From a virus (lineage: Duplodnaviria > Caudoviricetes), in IMG/VR virus record IMGVR_UViG_3300044675_005052: 64,000 nt of DNA, one strand, 5' to 3'. Position numbers and translations under genes: made by a program. The notes under the pieces were generated by a model. It saw nothing but the letters and a program-made list of their open reading frames with translations. It ran no database searches and was not told the origin of the DNA. Positions 10,304 through 21,421 of this stretch are shown here, piece after piece (position 1 is the stretch's first letter; every line of letters begins with the position of its first letter).

Positions 10304-11254
10304 ATGAAAGAAAAAATATTAGAACCAAATAATGACAGATTCGTTATTTTCCCTATTGAACATAATGATATATGGGAATTTTACAAACAACATCAAGCGG
10401 CTTTTTGGACGGCAGAAGAAGTAGATTTATCTAACGATATTAGAGATTGGGAAAACCTATCTGATAATGAAAGATATTTCCTTAAAAATATATTAGCGTT
10501 CTTTGCAGCGTCTGATGGTATTGTAAATGAAAACTTGGCTGAAAATTTCTTAAAAGAGGTTCAATACGCTGAGGCGAAATTCTTCTACGGATTTCAAATT
10601 ATGATGGAAAACATTCACTCGTTAATGTATTCATTATTGATTGATACTTATGTTTCTGATGAAACAGAGAAAGACGAATGTTTCCACGCAATTGATAGAT
10701 TACCGGCAGTTCAAAAGAAAGCTAAATGGGCTCTTGATTGGATTGAGAACGCCTCTTTTCAAGAAAGATTAGTTGCGTTCGCGGCTGTTGAAGGAATTTT
10801 CTTTTCCGGTTCATTCTGTTCTATCTTTTGGATGAAATCAAGAGGAATTATGCAAGGATTATGTAATGCAAATTCATTAATCTTTAAAGATGAGAACTTA
10901 CATTGTGATTTTGCTATTCATTTGATTAACAATCACGTTGAGAACAAACCAACGGAGAAAAGAATTAAAGAAATCTTACTATCCGCTTTAGAAATTGAAA
11001 AAGAATTTATCACTGAATCATTACCTGTGTCTTTAATTGGTATGAATTCAAACTTAATGAAACAATATCTTGAATTTGTTACTGACGGATTATTGGTTAA
11101 GTTTGGTTGTAAAAAACACTTTAATGTGGAACAACCATTTAAATTTATGGAACAGATTGCTGTTGAAACAAAAGGTAACTTCTTTGAATCAAGAACAATG
11201 GAGTATCAAAAGGCCAAGTTAGGTGAGTCATTAACATTTACAGACGATTTTTAA
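10304..11254 (+). CDS. nrdB: Class Ia ribonucleotide reductase beta subunit
   Basis: [41 protein letters not shown] diiron motifs. Confidence 0.97.
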   Translation: MKEKILEPNNDRFVIFPIEHNDIWEFYKQHQAAFWTAEEVDLSNDIRDWENLSDNERYFLKNILAFFAASDGIVNENLAENFLKEVQYAEAKFFYGFQIMMENIHSLMYSLLIDTYVSDETEKDECFHAIDRLPAVQKKAKWALDWIENASFQERLVAFAAVEGIFFSGSFCSIFWMKSRGIMQGLCNANSLIFKDENLHCDFAIHLINNHVENKPTEKRIKEILLSALEIEKEFITESLPVSLIGMNSNLMKQYLEFVTDGLLVKFGCKKHFNVEQPFKFMEQIAVETKGNFFESRTMEYQKAKLGESLTFTDDF

Positions 11255-11255
11255 T

Positions 11256-13670
11256 ATGATGTCATTAAAGATAAGAAAAAGAGGGGGAGACGAAGTTTCG
11301 TTCAACCCCCAAAAAATTTATAATAGAGTTAAACGAGCGGCAAGAGGATTAAACGTAAATGCTGATGAGGTATTCATTAAGGTGATTACTTCAGTTCCAA
11401 CAGAGGGTGTTATTACAACCAAAGAGTTGGATAAGTTAGTTTATGAGATTGCTGCGGCATATACCGGAAGTCATCACGACTACTCAAGATTAGCATCATC
11501 TGTTGCTATTTCTGCGTATCATAAAGAAACTGATGAAAGTTTCTGTAACACAATGCACACATTACACGTTGATGGTATTATTAACGATAAGTTAATGGAA
11601 ACTATTGAACAATATGGTCCTGAAAATATTGATTCTGTAATTAATCACGAGAATGATTACAATTTTGATTATTTTGCTTGGAAATCATTACAAGAAATGT
11701 ATTTGTTAAAAAATCCTGAAGGTAGAGTAATTGAAAGACCTCAACATATGTATATGAGAGTTGCTTTATGGGTTACTAAATCATTTGAACAAGCGGTTGA
11801 ATATTATCAATCATTATCAAATCAAGTTATATCTCCTGCGACACCGATTATGATTAACGCGGGAACTAAAACACCTCAACTAGCATCTTGTGTATTGAAA
11901 TACAATCACGGGGACTCAAGAGAAGGGTTATTGCAAACATTCAACGATATTTCAACGTATTCGTCAGATGCTGCAGGTATTGGATTATGTATGTCTAACA
12001 TTCGTAGTAAAGAAAGTCGTATTAACTCATCAGGTGGATTTGCGGGTGGTTTATTAAAATACTTAAAGATTGTAAATGAAGGATTAAGATTCTTTAATCA
12101 ACAAGGTAGAAGACCGGGTAGTGCAGCTATCTACATTGAACCTTGGCATAAAGACATCATTGATTTACTTGAAATCAAAAAGAATACGGGAGCTGAAGAA
12201 TTAAGAGCAAAAGATTTATTTACCTCAATATGGTTACCGGACAACTTTATGGAGGCGGTTAAGAATAATTCTGATTGGTATTTGTTCTGTCCTAACGACA
12301 TTAAAAAGGCGGGTATCAAACCATTACAGGAAACTTATGGTGTTGAGTATGAGGCAAACTACAACAAAGCGGTTGAACTTGGTCTTGGTAAAAAAGTGAA
12401 AGCACAAACAATTTGGAATAAAATTATTGAATCTCAAGTTGAAACCGGAGTTCCTTACTTATGTTCTAAAGATAGTGCTAACAGAAAAACTAACCATCAA
12501 AACATTGGGGTGATTAAACAATCTAATCTATGTAATGAGATTTACCAATATACCGATGAAAATACTACGGCAATCTGTACGTTATCATCTATGGTATTGA
12601 AAAACTTTATCGTTAAAGGGGAGTTTGATTTCAAATTACTTTATAGTGAAGTTAGAAAGGTTGTTAGAGCACTTAACAAAGTTGTTGACATTAATAGTTA
12701 TTCAACTGAACAAGGTAGAAAAGGTGGTTTAGAACAAAGAGCAATTGCGATTGGAACTCAAGGTCTTGCTGACGTATTTTTCTTAATGGATTATATCTTC
12801 ACATCTGAAGAGGCGAAACAATTAAACAAAGAAATTTTTGAAACAATCTACTTTGCGGCAATCACCGAAAGTATGGAATTATGTAAATCAGGTGAATACA
12901 AACCATACGAATTCTTTAACGGTTCGCCAATGTCAAAAGGTATATTCCAATTCGATATGTGGGGGTTAGATTATGAAGGTTTAGGAAGAATGTGGGATTG
13001 GGACTCACTTAAATTAGAAGTATCTAATCACGGAGTTTGTAACTCATTATTCACGGCTCAGATGCCAGTTGCATCTTCAGCTAAGATTACAGGTTCATTT
13101 GAAATGACAGAACCGGCTCACTCGGCATTATTTAATCGTCGTGTAGTTGGAGGAGAAATTTTAATTGTTAACAAATACTTAATTAGTGATTTTGAGAAAA
13201 TTGGTATTTGGTCTGAAGATTTGAAAAATGAAATCATTATGAATGAAGGGTCAATTCAAAATATTAACTTTAATAATTATCTTGACCAAGAAGATAAAAA
13301 TTATAACAAGAAAGTTAAAAGAATTGAACATTTAATTCCAAAATACAAAACAATTTGGGAAATATCTCAAAGAGAACTTATTGATATGGCGGCAGACAGA
13401 GCACCATTCATTGACCAATCACAATCAATGAATATCTATATGTCTAATCCAACACTATCAAAGATTTCATCATCACACTTCCATTCTTGGGGTAAAGGAT
13501 TGAAAACTCTTTGTTATTATGTTAGAACTAAAGCGATATCAACCGGAGCTAAACACTTGGCGGTGGATATCTCAAAAGTTGGTCAATTAAAACCAATTGA
13601 GAAACCAACAGTTGAACTAACTTCAAAACCAACAGACACAGAATTTGAGTGTTTTGGATGTGGTTCTTAA
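11256..13670 (+). CDS. nrdA: Class Ia ribonucleotide reductase alpha subunit with ATP cone
   Basis: N-terminal ATP cone, QLASC, SNLCNE, YYVR and C-terminal CFGC; no intein or intron. Confidence 0.97.
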   Translation: MMSLKIRKRGGDEVSFNPQKIYNRVKRAARGLNVNADEVFIKVITSVPTEGVITTKELDKLVYEIAAAYTGSHHDYSRLASSVAISAYHKETDESFCNTMHTLHVDGIINDKLMETIEQYGPENIDSVINHENDYNFDYFAWKSLQEMYLLKNPEGRVIERPQHMYMRVALWVTKSFEQAVEYYQSLSNQVISPATPIMINAGTKTPQLASCVLKYNHGDSREGLLQTFNDISTYSSDAAGIGLCMSNIRSKESRINSSGGFAGGLLKYLKIVNEGLRFFNQQGRRPGSAAIYIEPWHKDIIDLLEIKKNTGAEELRAKDLFTSIWLPDNFMEAVKNNSDWYLFCPNDIKKAGIKPLQETYGVEYEANYNKAVELGLGKKVKAQTIWNKIIESQVETGVPYLCSKDSANRKTNHQNIGVIKQSNLCNEIYQYTDENTTAICTLSSMVLKNFIVKGEFDFKLLYSEVRKVVRALNKVVDINSYSTEQGRKGGLEQRAIAIGTQGLADVFFLMDYIFTSEEAKQLNKEIFETIYFAAITESMELCKSGEYKPYEFFNGSPMSKGIFQFDMWGLDYEGLGRMWDWDSLKLEVSNHGVCNSLFTAQMPVASSAKITGSFEMTEPAHSALFNRRVVGGEILIVNKYLISDFEKIGIWSEDLKNEIIMNEGSIQNINFNNYLDQEDKNYNKKVKRIEHLIPKYKTIWEISQRELIDMAADRAPFIDQSQSMNIYMSNPTLSKISSSHFHSWGKGLKTLCYYVRTKAISTGAKHLAVDISKVGQLKPIEKPTVELTSKPTDTEFECFGCGS

Positions 13671-13684
13671 TAGAAATAAATATT

Positions 13685-13710
13685 AATCACGACTTTGGTC
13701 GTGATTTTTT
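13685..13710 (+). terminator. Rho-independent terminator after nrdA
   Basis: AATCACGAC-TTTG-GTCGTGATT plus T run. Confidence 0.9.
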
Positions 13711-13746
13711 ATTTTACTCTATTTATAAGAAATAATTACGACACTA

Positions 13747-13754
13747 TATTTATA
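13747..13754 (+). promoter_or_regulatory. Putative late-promoter motif TATTTATA (second copy at 13720-13727)
   Basis: Immediately upstream of the baseplate operon start ATG 13758. Confidence 0.55.
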
Positions 13755-13757
13755 GAT

Positions 13758-14216
13758 ATGGCAGATGGAAAAACATATGGTATTAATTTCCCTTTTAGGG
13801 ATTCTTATGATGGAAAGTATTTAGACCTTTCCACAGATAGTACTCAAGAAACAAGAACGGACTTAATACATTTATTATTGACTAGAAAAGGAAGTAGATA
13901 TTTTTTACCCGATTTTGGTACAAGATTGTATGAATTTATTTTTGAACCATTAGATGGTCCTACATTTTCAGATATTGATGCTGAAATTAGGGACGCTGTT
14001 GAGGAATATATACCGGGAATAACAATTAAAAACATAAGTATCACCGCGGCATCAGATGGTGAAGAAGATAAAGGTACTTATGTTGACCAATACGATACAC
14101 GTGTTTTTAGAGTACCGGGTATTGGAACTAAAGAACACACTGCGAAAGTAAAAATAGATTATCAAATAAATAATGACGTGTTTAACGCTAGTGATTTTGT
14201 AATCCTAAATATTTAA
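13758..14216 (+). CDS. Baseplate wedge protein, gp25/GpW-like (start ATG 13758)
   Basis: LIHLLLTRKGSRYFLPDFGTRLYEFIFEP is the gp25 family signature. Confidence 0.9.
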   Translation: MADGKTYGINFPFRDSYDGKYLDLSTDSTQETRTDLIHLLLTRKGSRYFLPDFGTRLYEFIFEPLDGPTFSDIDAEIRDAVEEYIPGITIKNISITAASDGEEDKGTYVDQYDTRVFRVPGIGTKEHTAKVKIDYQINNDVFNASDFVILNI

Positions 14217-14221
14217 AGAAT

Positions 14222-16060
14222 ATGGCAAATAAAAAAATATCGTATACTACGAGAGATTTCCAATCAATTAGAACCGAGTTAATAAACTTTACAAGAACTT
14301 ATTATCCGGATTTAGTTGACAACTTTAATGATGCGAGTGTATTCTCTGTATTATTAGACCTAAACGCTGCGGTTACCGACAACCTTCAATTCAACATAGA
14401 TAGAAGTATTCAAGAAACGGTATTACAGTACGCTCAACAAAGGTCATCAGTATTTAACATCGCCAAAACTTATGGATTAAAAGTTCCGGGTCAAAGACCT
14501 TCAGTTGCTTTAGTTGATTTTTCAATAACTGTACCTGCTTTTGGAGATAAAGAGGATTTAAGGTATTGTGGTATTCTACGTAGAGGTTCTCAAGTAAGTG
14601 GCGCGGGTCAAGTATTTGAAACTGTTTATGATATTGATTTTTCTTCACCATCAAACGCAGACGGATTTCCTAATAGACTAAAAATCCCAAATTTCGACTC
14701 AAACAATAAGTTATTAAATTATACAATTGTTAAACGTGAGACCGTTGTTAATGGTATAACTAAAGTTTTTAAAAGAGTTATTACCGCAAATGATGTTAGA
14801 CCATTTTTTGAATTATTTTTACCTGAAAAGACCGTTTTAGGAGTAACAAGTGTTTTATTAAAAGATGGAACTCAATACGCCAATGTACCCTCAAATCAAG
14901 AATTTTTAGGTGTTGATAATAGATGGTTTGAAGTACAGGCTTTAGCCCAAGATAGAGTGTTTATTGAAGACCCAACAAAAGTTTCGGATAACCCTGGTAT
15001 TAAAGTTGGTAGATATGTGAATACCGCAACTAAATTCATAACAGAATTTACACCTGAAGGTTTCTTTAAAATGACCTTTGGTGGTGGTAGTCAATCGGCT
15101 GATGAACAATTAAGAGAATTTGCCCGAGATGGTAAACCATTAAATTTATACAAATATTCTAATAACTTCGCATTAGGTAGTACTTTAAAACCTAATACCA
15201 CATTATTTGTTCAATATAGAATTGGTGGTGGTACAGGAACTAATTTAGGTGTTGGGGTTATAACACAAATTGGTACAGTTTCATTTTTTGTGAATGGTCC
15301 ATCTGAATCAGTTAATACGACTGTGGTTAATTCATTAAGATGTAATAATATTACAGCGGCTATTGGTGGGGCAAACTATCCAACAACAGAAGAAGTTAGA
15401 AATTTAGTTTCATATAACTTTACAGCACAAAACAGAGCAGTTACAGTAAATGATTATGAATCAATCATTAGAACAATGCCCTCACAATTTGGAGCACCGG
15501 CTAAAGTTGCGATAACTGAAGAGAATAATAAAATTAAAGTTCAAATGTTATCATATGATGAAACTGGTAGATTAACTGAGATTGTTTCAAACACTTTAAA
15601 AAATAATGTTGCAAACTACCTGTCAAATTATCGTATGATTAATGATTATGTGTCAATTGAAAGTGCAAATGTTATTGATTTAGCAATAAATGTTGACGTT
15701 GTGTTAGACAATTCACAAAATCAAGGTTCTATTATTTCTCAAATAATTAATATAATCACAGATTATTTTGACCCAACAAACCAAGAAATGGGTGAAAATG
15801 TTAATGTATCAGAATTAAGAAGATTAGTTCAAAGTGAAAATGGGGTTATTTCCGTTTCTGACATGACATTTTTTAATAAAGTTGGTGGTCAATATTCTTC
15901 CTCTCAAACATCACAAAGATATATTGATTCGGAAACTAAACAAATTGAATTAGTTGATGATACAATTTTTGCCGAACCAAGACAAGTGTATCAAGTTAGA
16001 TATCCAAACAAAGATATCAATGTGAGAGTTAAAAATATTAAAACGGTTAATTTCTCTTAG
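14222..16060 (+). CDS. Baseplate wedge subunit, gp6 / baseplate-J-like
   Basis: YTTRDFQSIRTELINF, AQQRSSVFNIAK..G, YRIGGG, AQNRAVTVNDYE motifs typical of T4 gp6. Confidence 0.9.
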   Translation: MANKKISYTTRDFQSIRTELINFTRTYYPDLVDNFNDASVFSVLLDLNAAVTDNLQFNIDRSIQETVLQYAQQRSSVFNIAKTYGLKVPGQRPSVALVDFSITVPAFGDKEDLRYCGILRRGSQVSGAGQVFETVYDIDFSSPSNADGFPNRLKIPNFDSNNKLLNYTIVKRETVVNGITKVFKRVITANDVRPFFELFLPEKTVLGVTSVLLKDGTQYANVPSNQEFLGVDNRWFEVQALAQDRVFIEDPTKVSDNPGIKVGRYVNTATKFITEFTPEGFFKMTFGGGSQSADEQLREFARDGKPLNLYKYSNNFALGSTLKPNTTLFVQYRIGGGTGTNLGVGVITQIGTVSFFVNGPSESVNTTVVNSLRCNNITAAIGGANYPTTEEVRNLVSYNFTAQNRAVTVNDYESIIRTMPSQFGAPAKVAITEENNKIKVQMLSYDETGRLTEIVSNTLKNNVANYLSNYRMINDYVSIESANVIDLAINVDVVLDNSQNQGSIISQIINIITDYFDPTNQEMGENVNVSELRRLVQSENGVISVSDMTFFNKVGGQYSSSQTSQRYIDSETKQIELVDDTIFAEPRQVYQVRYPNKDINVRVKNIKTVNFS

Positions 16061-16131
16061 CAATTTATTTTAAAATTTATTGAATTATCTTTTGAAAATA
16101 GTATATAAACTATTTATTAAAAAAGATTATT

Positions 16132-19100
16132 ATGTCCAATTCATTTAGAATACGTACTGAGCCTGGTGTTGACAAATCACTTAACGTCTTGATAGACCAA
16201 GAATTTGAGTATTTAGAAATACTATCTCTAAAATTATTACAAAGTCAAATATATACTAGACAATGCTCTGATTACGGGGTAATTGTTGGTAGGGTAAGTG
16301 TGAACAATGGTTTTGGTATTCCAAATGCTAAAGTTTCTGTGTTTATACCTTTAGACACAAATGACGAACTTAATCCTGTTACTTCTGATTTATATCCGTA
16401 TAAAACATTAACAGATTTAAATGAAGATGGTTATAGATATAATCTACTACCATATGTTAAATCTCATAGTGGACATAATCCAACAGGAACTTTTTTTAAT
16501 CGGAAGGATGTTTTAACCGACCCAACTTTAATACAGGTATACGATAAATACTACAAATACTCTACTGTAACAAACTCTAGCGGTGACTATATGATTTTTG
16601 GTGTACCAACCGGAAGTCAAACAGTTGTTGTTGATATTGACTTATCAGATATTGGGGAATTTTCATTATCACCTCAAGATTTAATTAGAATGGGTCTTGC
16701 AACACCAACTCAAGTTGCTGGTATAAATTTCAAAGCATCATCAAATTTAAATTCGTTACCTCAAATTATTAATTTTAATAGAACTATTGAGGTTGAGCCG
16801 TTATGGGGTCAACCTGAAATATGTAATTTGGGTATAACAAGAACTGATTTTGATTTATCTAAAGAATCCGGTATTGATATTAGACCAACATCCATCTTTA
16901 TGGGTTCGATTGTTTCAAGTAACGATGACGAAGCCCTTCCGAGAAATTGTAAACCCCGACTTAAATCCGGTTCACAATGTACTTTAGTAACCGGCCCGGG
17001 AGAAATATTAGCAATAAGACAAACTATTTTTTTAGATGCTCAGGGTAAACCAATTTTAGAGACAGTGGATTTAGAAGAAGGTGGTCAAGTTATTGATGAT
17101 AATGGTGCGTGGTTAGTAGATGTCCCAATGAATTTAGATTATTTAATAACTAATGAGTTTGGGGAACAAGTTATATCTGATGACCCTAAAAAAGGTATCC
17201 CGACTAAAGGTAAATACCGATTCAAAGTTAAATGGAATCAATCACCATCAATATCAGAACCTGTTAGAAGAGGGTATTTTTTAGTACCAAATGTTAAAGA
17301 ACACGGTTGGACAACTAGTGGTTCAAACCCAAACGCAACACTTCAAAAGAAGTCATATGCGTTTAGTTTAGATTGGGATGATTATGTTGATTTTCAATCG
17401 GCAATAGATTGTACAGATACGTTTTATTTAATGCAATATAATAAAGTTTATACTGTATCTCAATTAGTTGACCAATATAGAAAAGGGTATTTAAATACAC
17501 AATTTATTGGTATTAAAAATATTATTGATGATTCTTGTGAAAGTGAGAACAATAAATTTCCAACAAATGATGGTGTTTTTAGGTTTGACTTAATTTATTT
17601 TTTATTTTGGATAATGTTGTTTTTATTCAGACCTGTTTTTATCTCATTAATACCTGTTATTCATATTCTTTGGTTTGTTCTTAAAGTTATAGGAATAATA
17701 TTAGTCGTTATTCTTTATCCTTTAATACTTCTTGTTGGGTTTATTTGTGCGGCTATTTTAAAACCACTTTTAGGTATTCTTGGGGCATTGCCGATAATTG
17801 GTAGACGATTTAGAAAATTAAGAGACAAAATGAATTGTCCTGGTATATCAGACGCTAATCGTTTGGCAAAACAAATTCTTGAATTTCCTGATAAGTTAAA
17901 AAATATTAAAATACCAAATTTATCTTATCCGGAGTGTTCATTTTGTGATTGTGGTGATAATGGAGATTTACCTAAAGATGAACCTGATGTAGAACAATTA
18001 GAAATAGACGCGCCAGACGAATCTCTTCCTGAAGGGGCTGGTTCATCATTATTAACCCCATTTGAAATCGCCTCACAATATAAGATTAATAGATTAAATA
18101 ATGGAACACCCGGACCACCACCTGTACCCGGTGTTAACACAGGTGATTCTGTTTATCAAAATTTATTTGCGGGAGATGGTTTGGGTAATGCTGACAATGC
18201 GTCATTTACACCCTCAACAAGAGTTCCTACTTCAGTTATATCAACAAATGATGACGAAGACCCTGCATTATCTGCGGATAATCCTGAATATTTATATTTT
18301 TCATCGAGTTTAACTGTATCTGAAAGATTAAATTTGTTTAATACTAAAGGAAAATATTTTAATGAAAGTGGTGATAATCCTGGTGGGGGGGTTAATAGAA
18401 TTAAAGTAACATTTCAACCGGATTTAAATCCTCCGACACCAACAACTAATTTTCATTATGATAATGTGGTTGCGATAGTATGTACTCAAAGTGCAACAAA
18501 TTTAGAAGCGGGTACTATGTTATCTTTTCAAGATTTTACTCTATCAAAAGATAAAAATGTTATTAATACCGGAACTACATTAAATGAGTATGGTACAAAT
18601 ACCATTACAGGTACGACAATAAATAGTGGGTCAACAACTAATCCCGGAACAATTTCGATTACTTATGCAAATCCTGATGGTACTTCAGGTAATCAATCTG
18701 TATCATATCAAATTGTTACTTTTTCAGGTGACCCTCGATATGCTAGATTCCCTATGGATGTTGAATATTTTCAAGTTATTACAGGTATGACTTATGCTCA
18801 ATATAGTGGAATGTGTAATACTAGTACGGCTTCATTACCTAATGATTGGAACAGCAATAATTCATTTTATAATAGGTTTTTAAATAACGATATGAGATTT
18901 TATCGTGTAAGCCAACCTCAAGAATTTGCGTTTCCTTGTAATCCACACTTGTCTTGGTCAACAATAGAAAGATATTTTTCACCTATAGATTATTATAAAT
19001 CAATGGATAAACAGAAAGTTATTTTCTTGGTTAGAGGTGTTGACCCTAATTCAAGTAGAACTAAAGTTCAATATGATTTAAGTCGATTATTTGGTTATAA

Positions 19101-21420
19101 TTTTGGTAATTCATCAACAATAGTAATGGGTGAAAAATATAAATTAAATTACCCAATTCAAGGTACTTTAAATTGTGTTAATCATATTACTAATAGTAAT
19201 TTAACATCTGATTTTTATTTTAATTCGTTTCGTTTTCTACCATCTATAACACCACCTAACCCATTATTTGAAACATTTGGTTTTAGTGCTTTCTCGAGTA
19301 ATTTACATACGTATTATTCTAATTTAGATACAACAAACGGTGGTTTTACTCCGGTAAATGGACTTCCTACATTATCATCCGTGACATCACCATCATCTAC
19401 AGTGTCTAAAGTGGTTAACCAATATACGAATGATGATAACCCACCATTTCCTTATCAAGAAGGAACGCGTGGTTGGAATGGGTTTATTATGGAGTGGGAC
19501 ATTCAGTATACTTATGACATACAGTGTATAGTATTTAGTGTTCCTTATAATAGAAGAGCGGGAACATACAACGTTTCTCCTAATGATAATAGAGGTTATT
19601 ATTTAGGTGAGATAGTTGAAGGTGGTACTATGTTTTATCAGAGATTAGATATAAATCAAACTACTGGAAGTAACCCATTTTCAGTTGAAGGTATTTATTA
19701 CGCGCCAAAATATCCAAGTACGGCGGTTTTAAATTTTGATTTAACTAGTGTTAATCAACGTAAAATAGTGATGAGGTCTGATAGATTACCAACATCAACA
19801 GTTGTACAAAATAATTTAGGTAATAGTTTCCCTTTACACACAAACACTAATTTTGCAATTTTTGTTGTAACTGATGATGGTGCAACTATTAATCAAAGTG
19901 TTGGTGGTACGGGGTCATCAAATGTATTTGTGGGAGAAGCGGGGGCTTTTGCACCTGAACCAATAGTTGGTCCGGATGCTGAACCAGAACTTGTTAATCA
20001 AATTTTAAAGTCATTTAATTGTGGTGATATGGCACCGTTAGGGTGTTATTATAGTGAAGAAATTGGTGGAAAAAATAATTTAAGAATATATGATAAAGGA
20101 AATTCTTGTTGGAGTTTTGGTGGTGGTAAAGTTAAGTTTGATGGTGGTTGTTACATATTAATTACTCAACCAATACTTTCTTTATTATCAGGTCAAGATT
20201 TTCAAGTAGTGTTTGAATGGACAAATAGGATTCAAGTAATGTTTGGTGCATGTAGAAATGTATTTTCTCATTTATTTACGAACAATTGGATTAATGGAGT
20301 TCTTTACACTTTTTCATTTTCTAATGATATTGTTTTCAATAGTCAAAATCGACCTGTGAGTAGAATTTGTAGTGAAAATATTTATTTTGACCAAGACACT
20401 AATAATTTTTATTATAGAAGTAGTCCTTGGAATGATAGTATTTCTGAATTTATTGGTATGGATAGACCTCGTCCTGCTTCAGTTATAGAAGGTATATTTG
20501 GTGGTTATGGTGGTAATTTAAAAAATTTAAAATATCCAACAACTATCATGGATTTAGGACCAAGAAACTTATATATACAAGAATTGGTTATGTCTGATGA
20601 TTTTGATGGGTATGTTATGAATAGGTTAAATACGTCAAGTTATGGTGATGTTTCTGAATTATTAAATCTTTTAATTATTACAAGATTAGCTAGTCCCGGA
20701 TTTTTGCAAAAAATTGGGTTAAATAATACTGGTATCCTATCATTTTTCAGTAGAACTAAACTTATGATTGATGGTGATTATGCTCAAATGATTGCTATTA
20801 ATTCTGAATTATCGGTGGCGCCGTTCCAATCATTAAATTATCCTGACAATCCTGCTGGACAACAAAACCCAATATATTATAACCCGTCAAGTGATATTAA
20901 TAAGGTGGTGTTTGGTGTTTTCTTTTCTTCAGATACTCAAACGCGAGATTTTATATCACCAAAAAGAACGATTATTGACCCTGATGGGATTGCGAATCAA
21001 CCGTGTACTTTTAGTTATTTTTCGGTATTCACTCAAACGGTTCCATTTTATCAATGGAATATAAAACCAGATGACACCAATAGTATTTTTGGGTCTCAAA
21101 AAAATGGGTGGTATACTAACCCAATAAACAACCCAGCATTTTTTAATTATCCTTATCAATTGTTAGACAGAACTGAACCTTCATCAAGATATATGAGAAC
21201 ATCTCAAAGTCCTGAAAACAAATACTTTAAAGGTTATATTTATTCTGTTTATCCTGATGGAACATTAAATCCGGAGTTTAACTCTATTGAATCAAATTCA
21301 TATGATGACAGATTGTTTAATACCGGAGCTCCGTTTTATTTTTATTTTGGATTGAAAAAAGGTAAATCGGCATTTGATAGATTCACAACTAAATGGTTAG
21401 ATACAACAACAACATTATAA
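16132..21420 (+). CDS. Large virion/baseplate-associated protein (1762 aa) with an internal long hydrophobic segment
   Basis: Sits in the baseplate operon with TATTTATT upstream (16111); N-terminal GRV..GIPNAKVSV beta-sandwich-like motif; hydrophobic stretch at ~17590-17802. Confidence 0.6.
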   Translation: MSNSFRIRTEPGVDKSLNVLIDQEFEYLEILSLKLLQSQIYTRQCSDYGVIVGRVSVNNGFGIPNAKVSVFIPLDTNDELNPVTSDLYPYKTLTDLNEDGYRYNLLPYVKSHSGHNPTGTFFNRKDVLTDPTLIQVYDKYYKYSTVTNSSGDYMIFGVPTGSQTVVVDIDLSDIGEFSLSPQDLIRMGLATPTQVAGINFKASSNLNSLPQIINFNRTIEVEPLWGQPEICNLGITRTDFDLSKESGIDIRPTSIFMGSIVSSNDDEALPRNCKPRLKSGSQCTLVTGPGEILAIRQTIFLDAQGKPILETVDLEEGGQVIDDNGAWLVDVPMNLDYLITNEFGEQVISDDPKKGIPTKGKYRFKVKWNQSPSISEPVRRGYFLVPNVKEHGWTTSGSNPNATLQKKSYAFSLDWDDYVDFQSAIDCTDTFYLMQYNKVYTVSQLVDQYRKGYLNTQFIGIKNIIDDSCESENNKFPTNDGVFRFDLIYFLFWIMLFLFRPVFISLIPVIHILWFVLKVIGIILVVILYPLILLVGFICAAILKPLLGILGALPIIGRRFRKLRDKMNCPGISDANRLAKQILEFPDKLKNIKIPNLSYPECSFCDCGDNGDLPKDEPDVEQLEIDAPDESLPEGAGSSLLTPFEIASQYKINRLNNGTPGPPPVPGVNTGDSVYQNLFAGDGLGNADNASFTPSTRVPTSVISTNDDEDPALSADNPEYLYFSSSLTVSERLNLFNTKGKYFNESGDNPGGGVNRIKVTFQPDLNPPTPTTNFHYDNVVAIVCTQSATNLEAGTMLSFQDFTLSKDKNVINTGTTLNEYGTNTITGTTINSGSTTNPGTISITYANPDGTSGNQSVSYQIVTFSGDPRYARFPMDVEYFQVITGMTYAQYSGMCNTSTASLPNDWNSNNSFYNRFLNNDMRFYRVSQPQEFAFPCNPHLSWSTIERYFSPIDYYKSMDKQKVIFLVRGVDPNSSRTKVQYDLSRLFGYNFGNSSTIVMGEKYKLNYPIQGTLNCVNHITNSNLTSDFYFNSFRFLPSITPPNPLFETFGFSAFSSNLHTYYSNLDTTNGGFTPVNGLPTLSSVTSPSSTVSKVVNQYTNDDNPPFPYQEGTRGWNGFIMEWDIQYTYDIQCIVFSVPYNRRAGTYNVSPNDNRGYYLGEIVEGGTMFYQRLDINQTTGSNPFSVEGIYYAPKYPSTAVLNFDLTSVNQRKIVMRSDRLPTSTVVQNNLGNSFPLHTNTNFAIFVVTDDGATINQSVGGTGSSNVFVGEAGAFAPEPIVGPDAEPELVNQILKSFNCGDMAPLGCYYSEEIGGKNNLRIYDKGNSCWSFGGGKVKFDGGCYILITQPILSLLSGQDFQVVFEWTNRIQVMFGACRNVFSHLFTNNWINGVLYTFSFSNDIVFNSQNRPVSRICSENIYFDQDTNNFYYRSSPWNDSISEFIGMDRPRPASVIEGIFGGYGGNLKNLKYPTTIMDLGPRNLYIQELVMSDDFDGYVMNRLNTSSYGDVSELLNLLIITRLASPGFLQKIGLNNTGILSFFSRTKLMIDGDYAQMIAINSELSVAPFQSLNYPDNPAGQQNPIYYNPSSDINKVVFGVFFSSDTQTRDFISPKRTIIDPDGIANQPCTFSYFSVFTQTVPFYQWNIKPDDTNSIFGSQKNGWYTNPINNPAFFNYPYQLLDRTEPSSRYMRTSQSPENKYFKGYIYSVYPDGTLNPEFNSIESNSYDDRLFNTGAPFYFYFGLKKGKSAFDRFTTKWLDTTTTL

Positions 21421-21421
21421 T

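Noticed and set aside
8914-13670. Inteins or introns in the helicase and RNR genes
   Set aside because: Lengths are typical and no splicing or homing-endonuclease motifs are visible.
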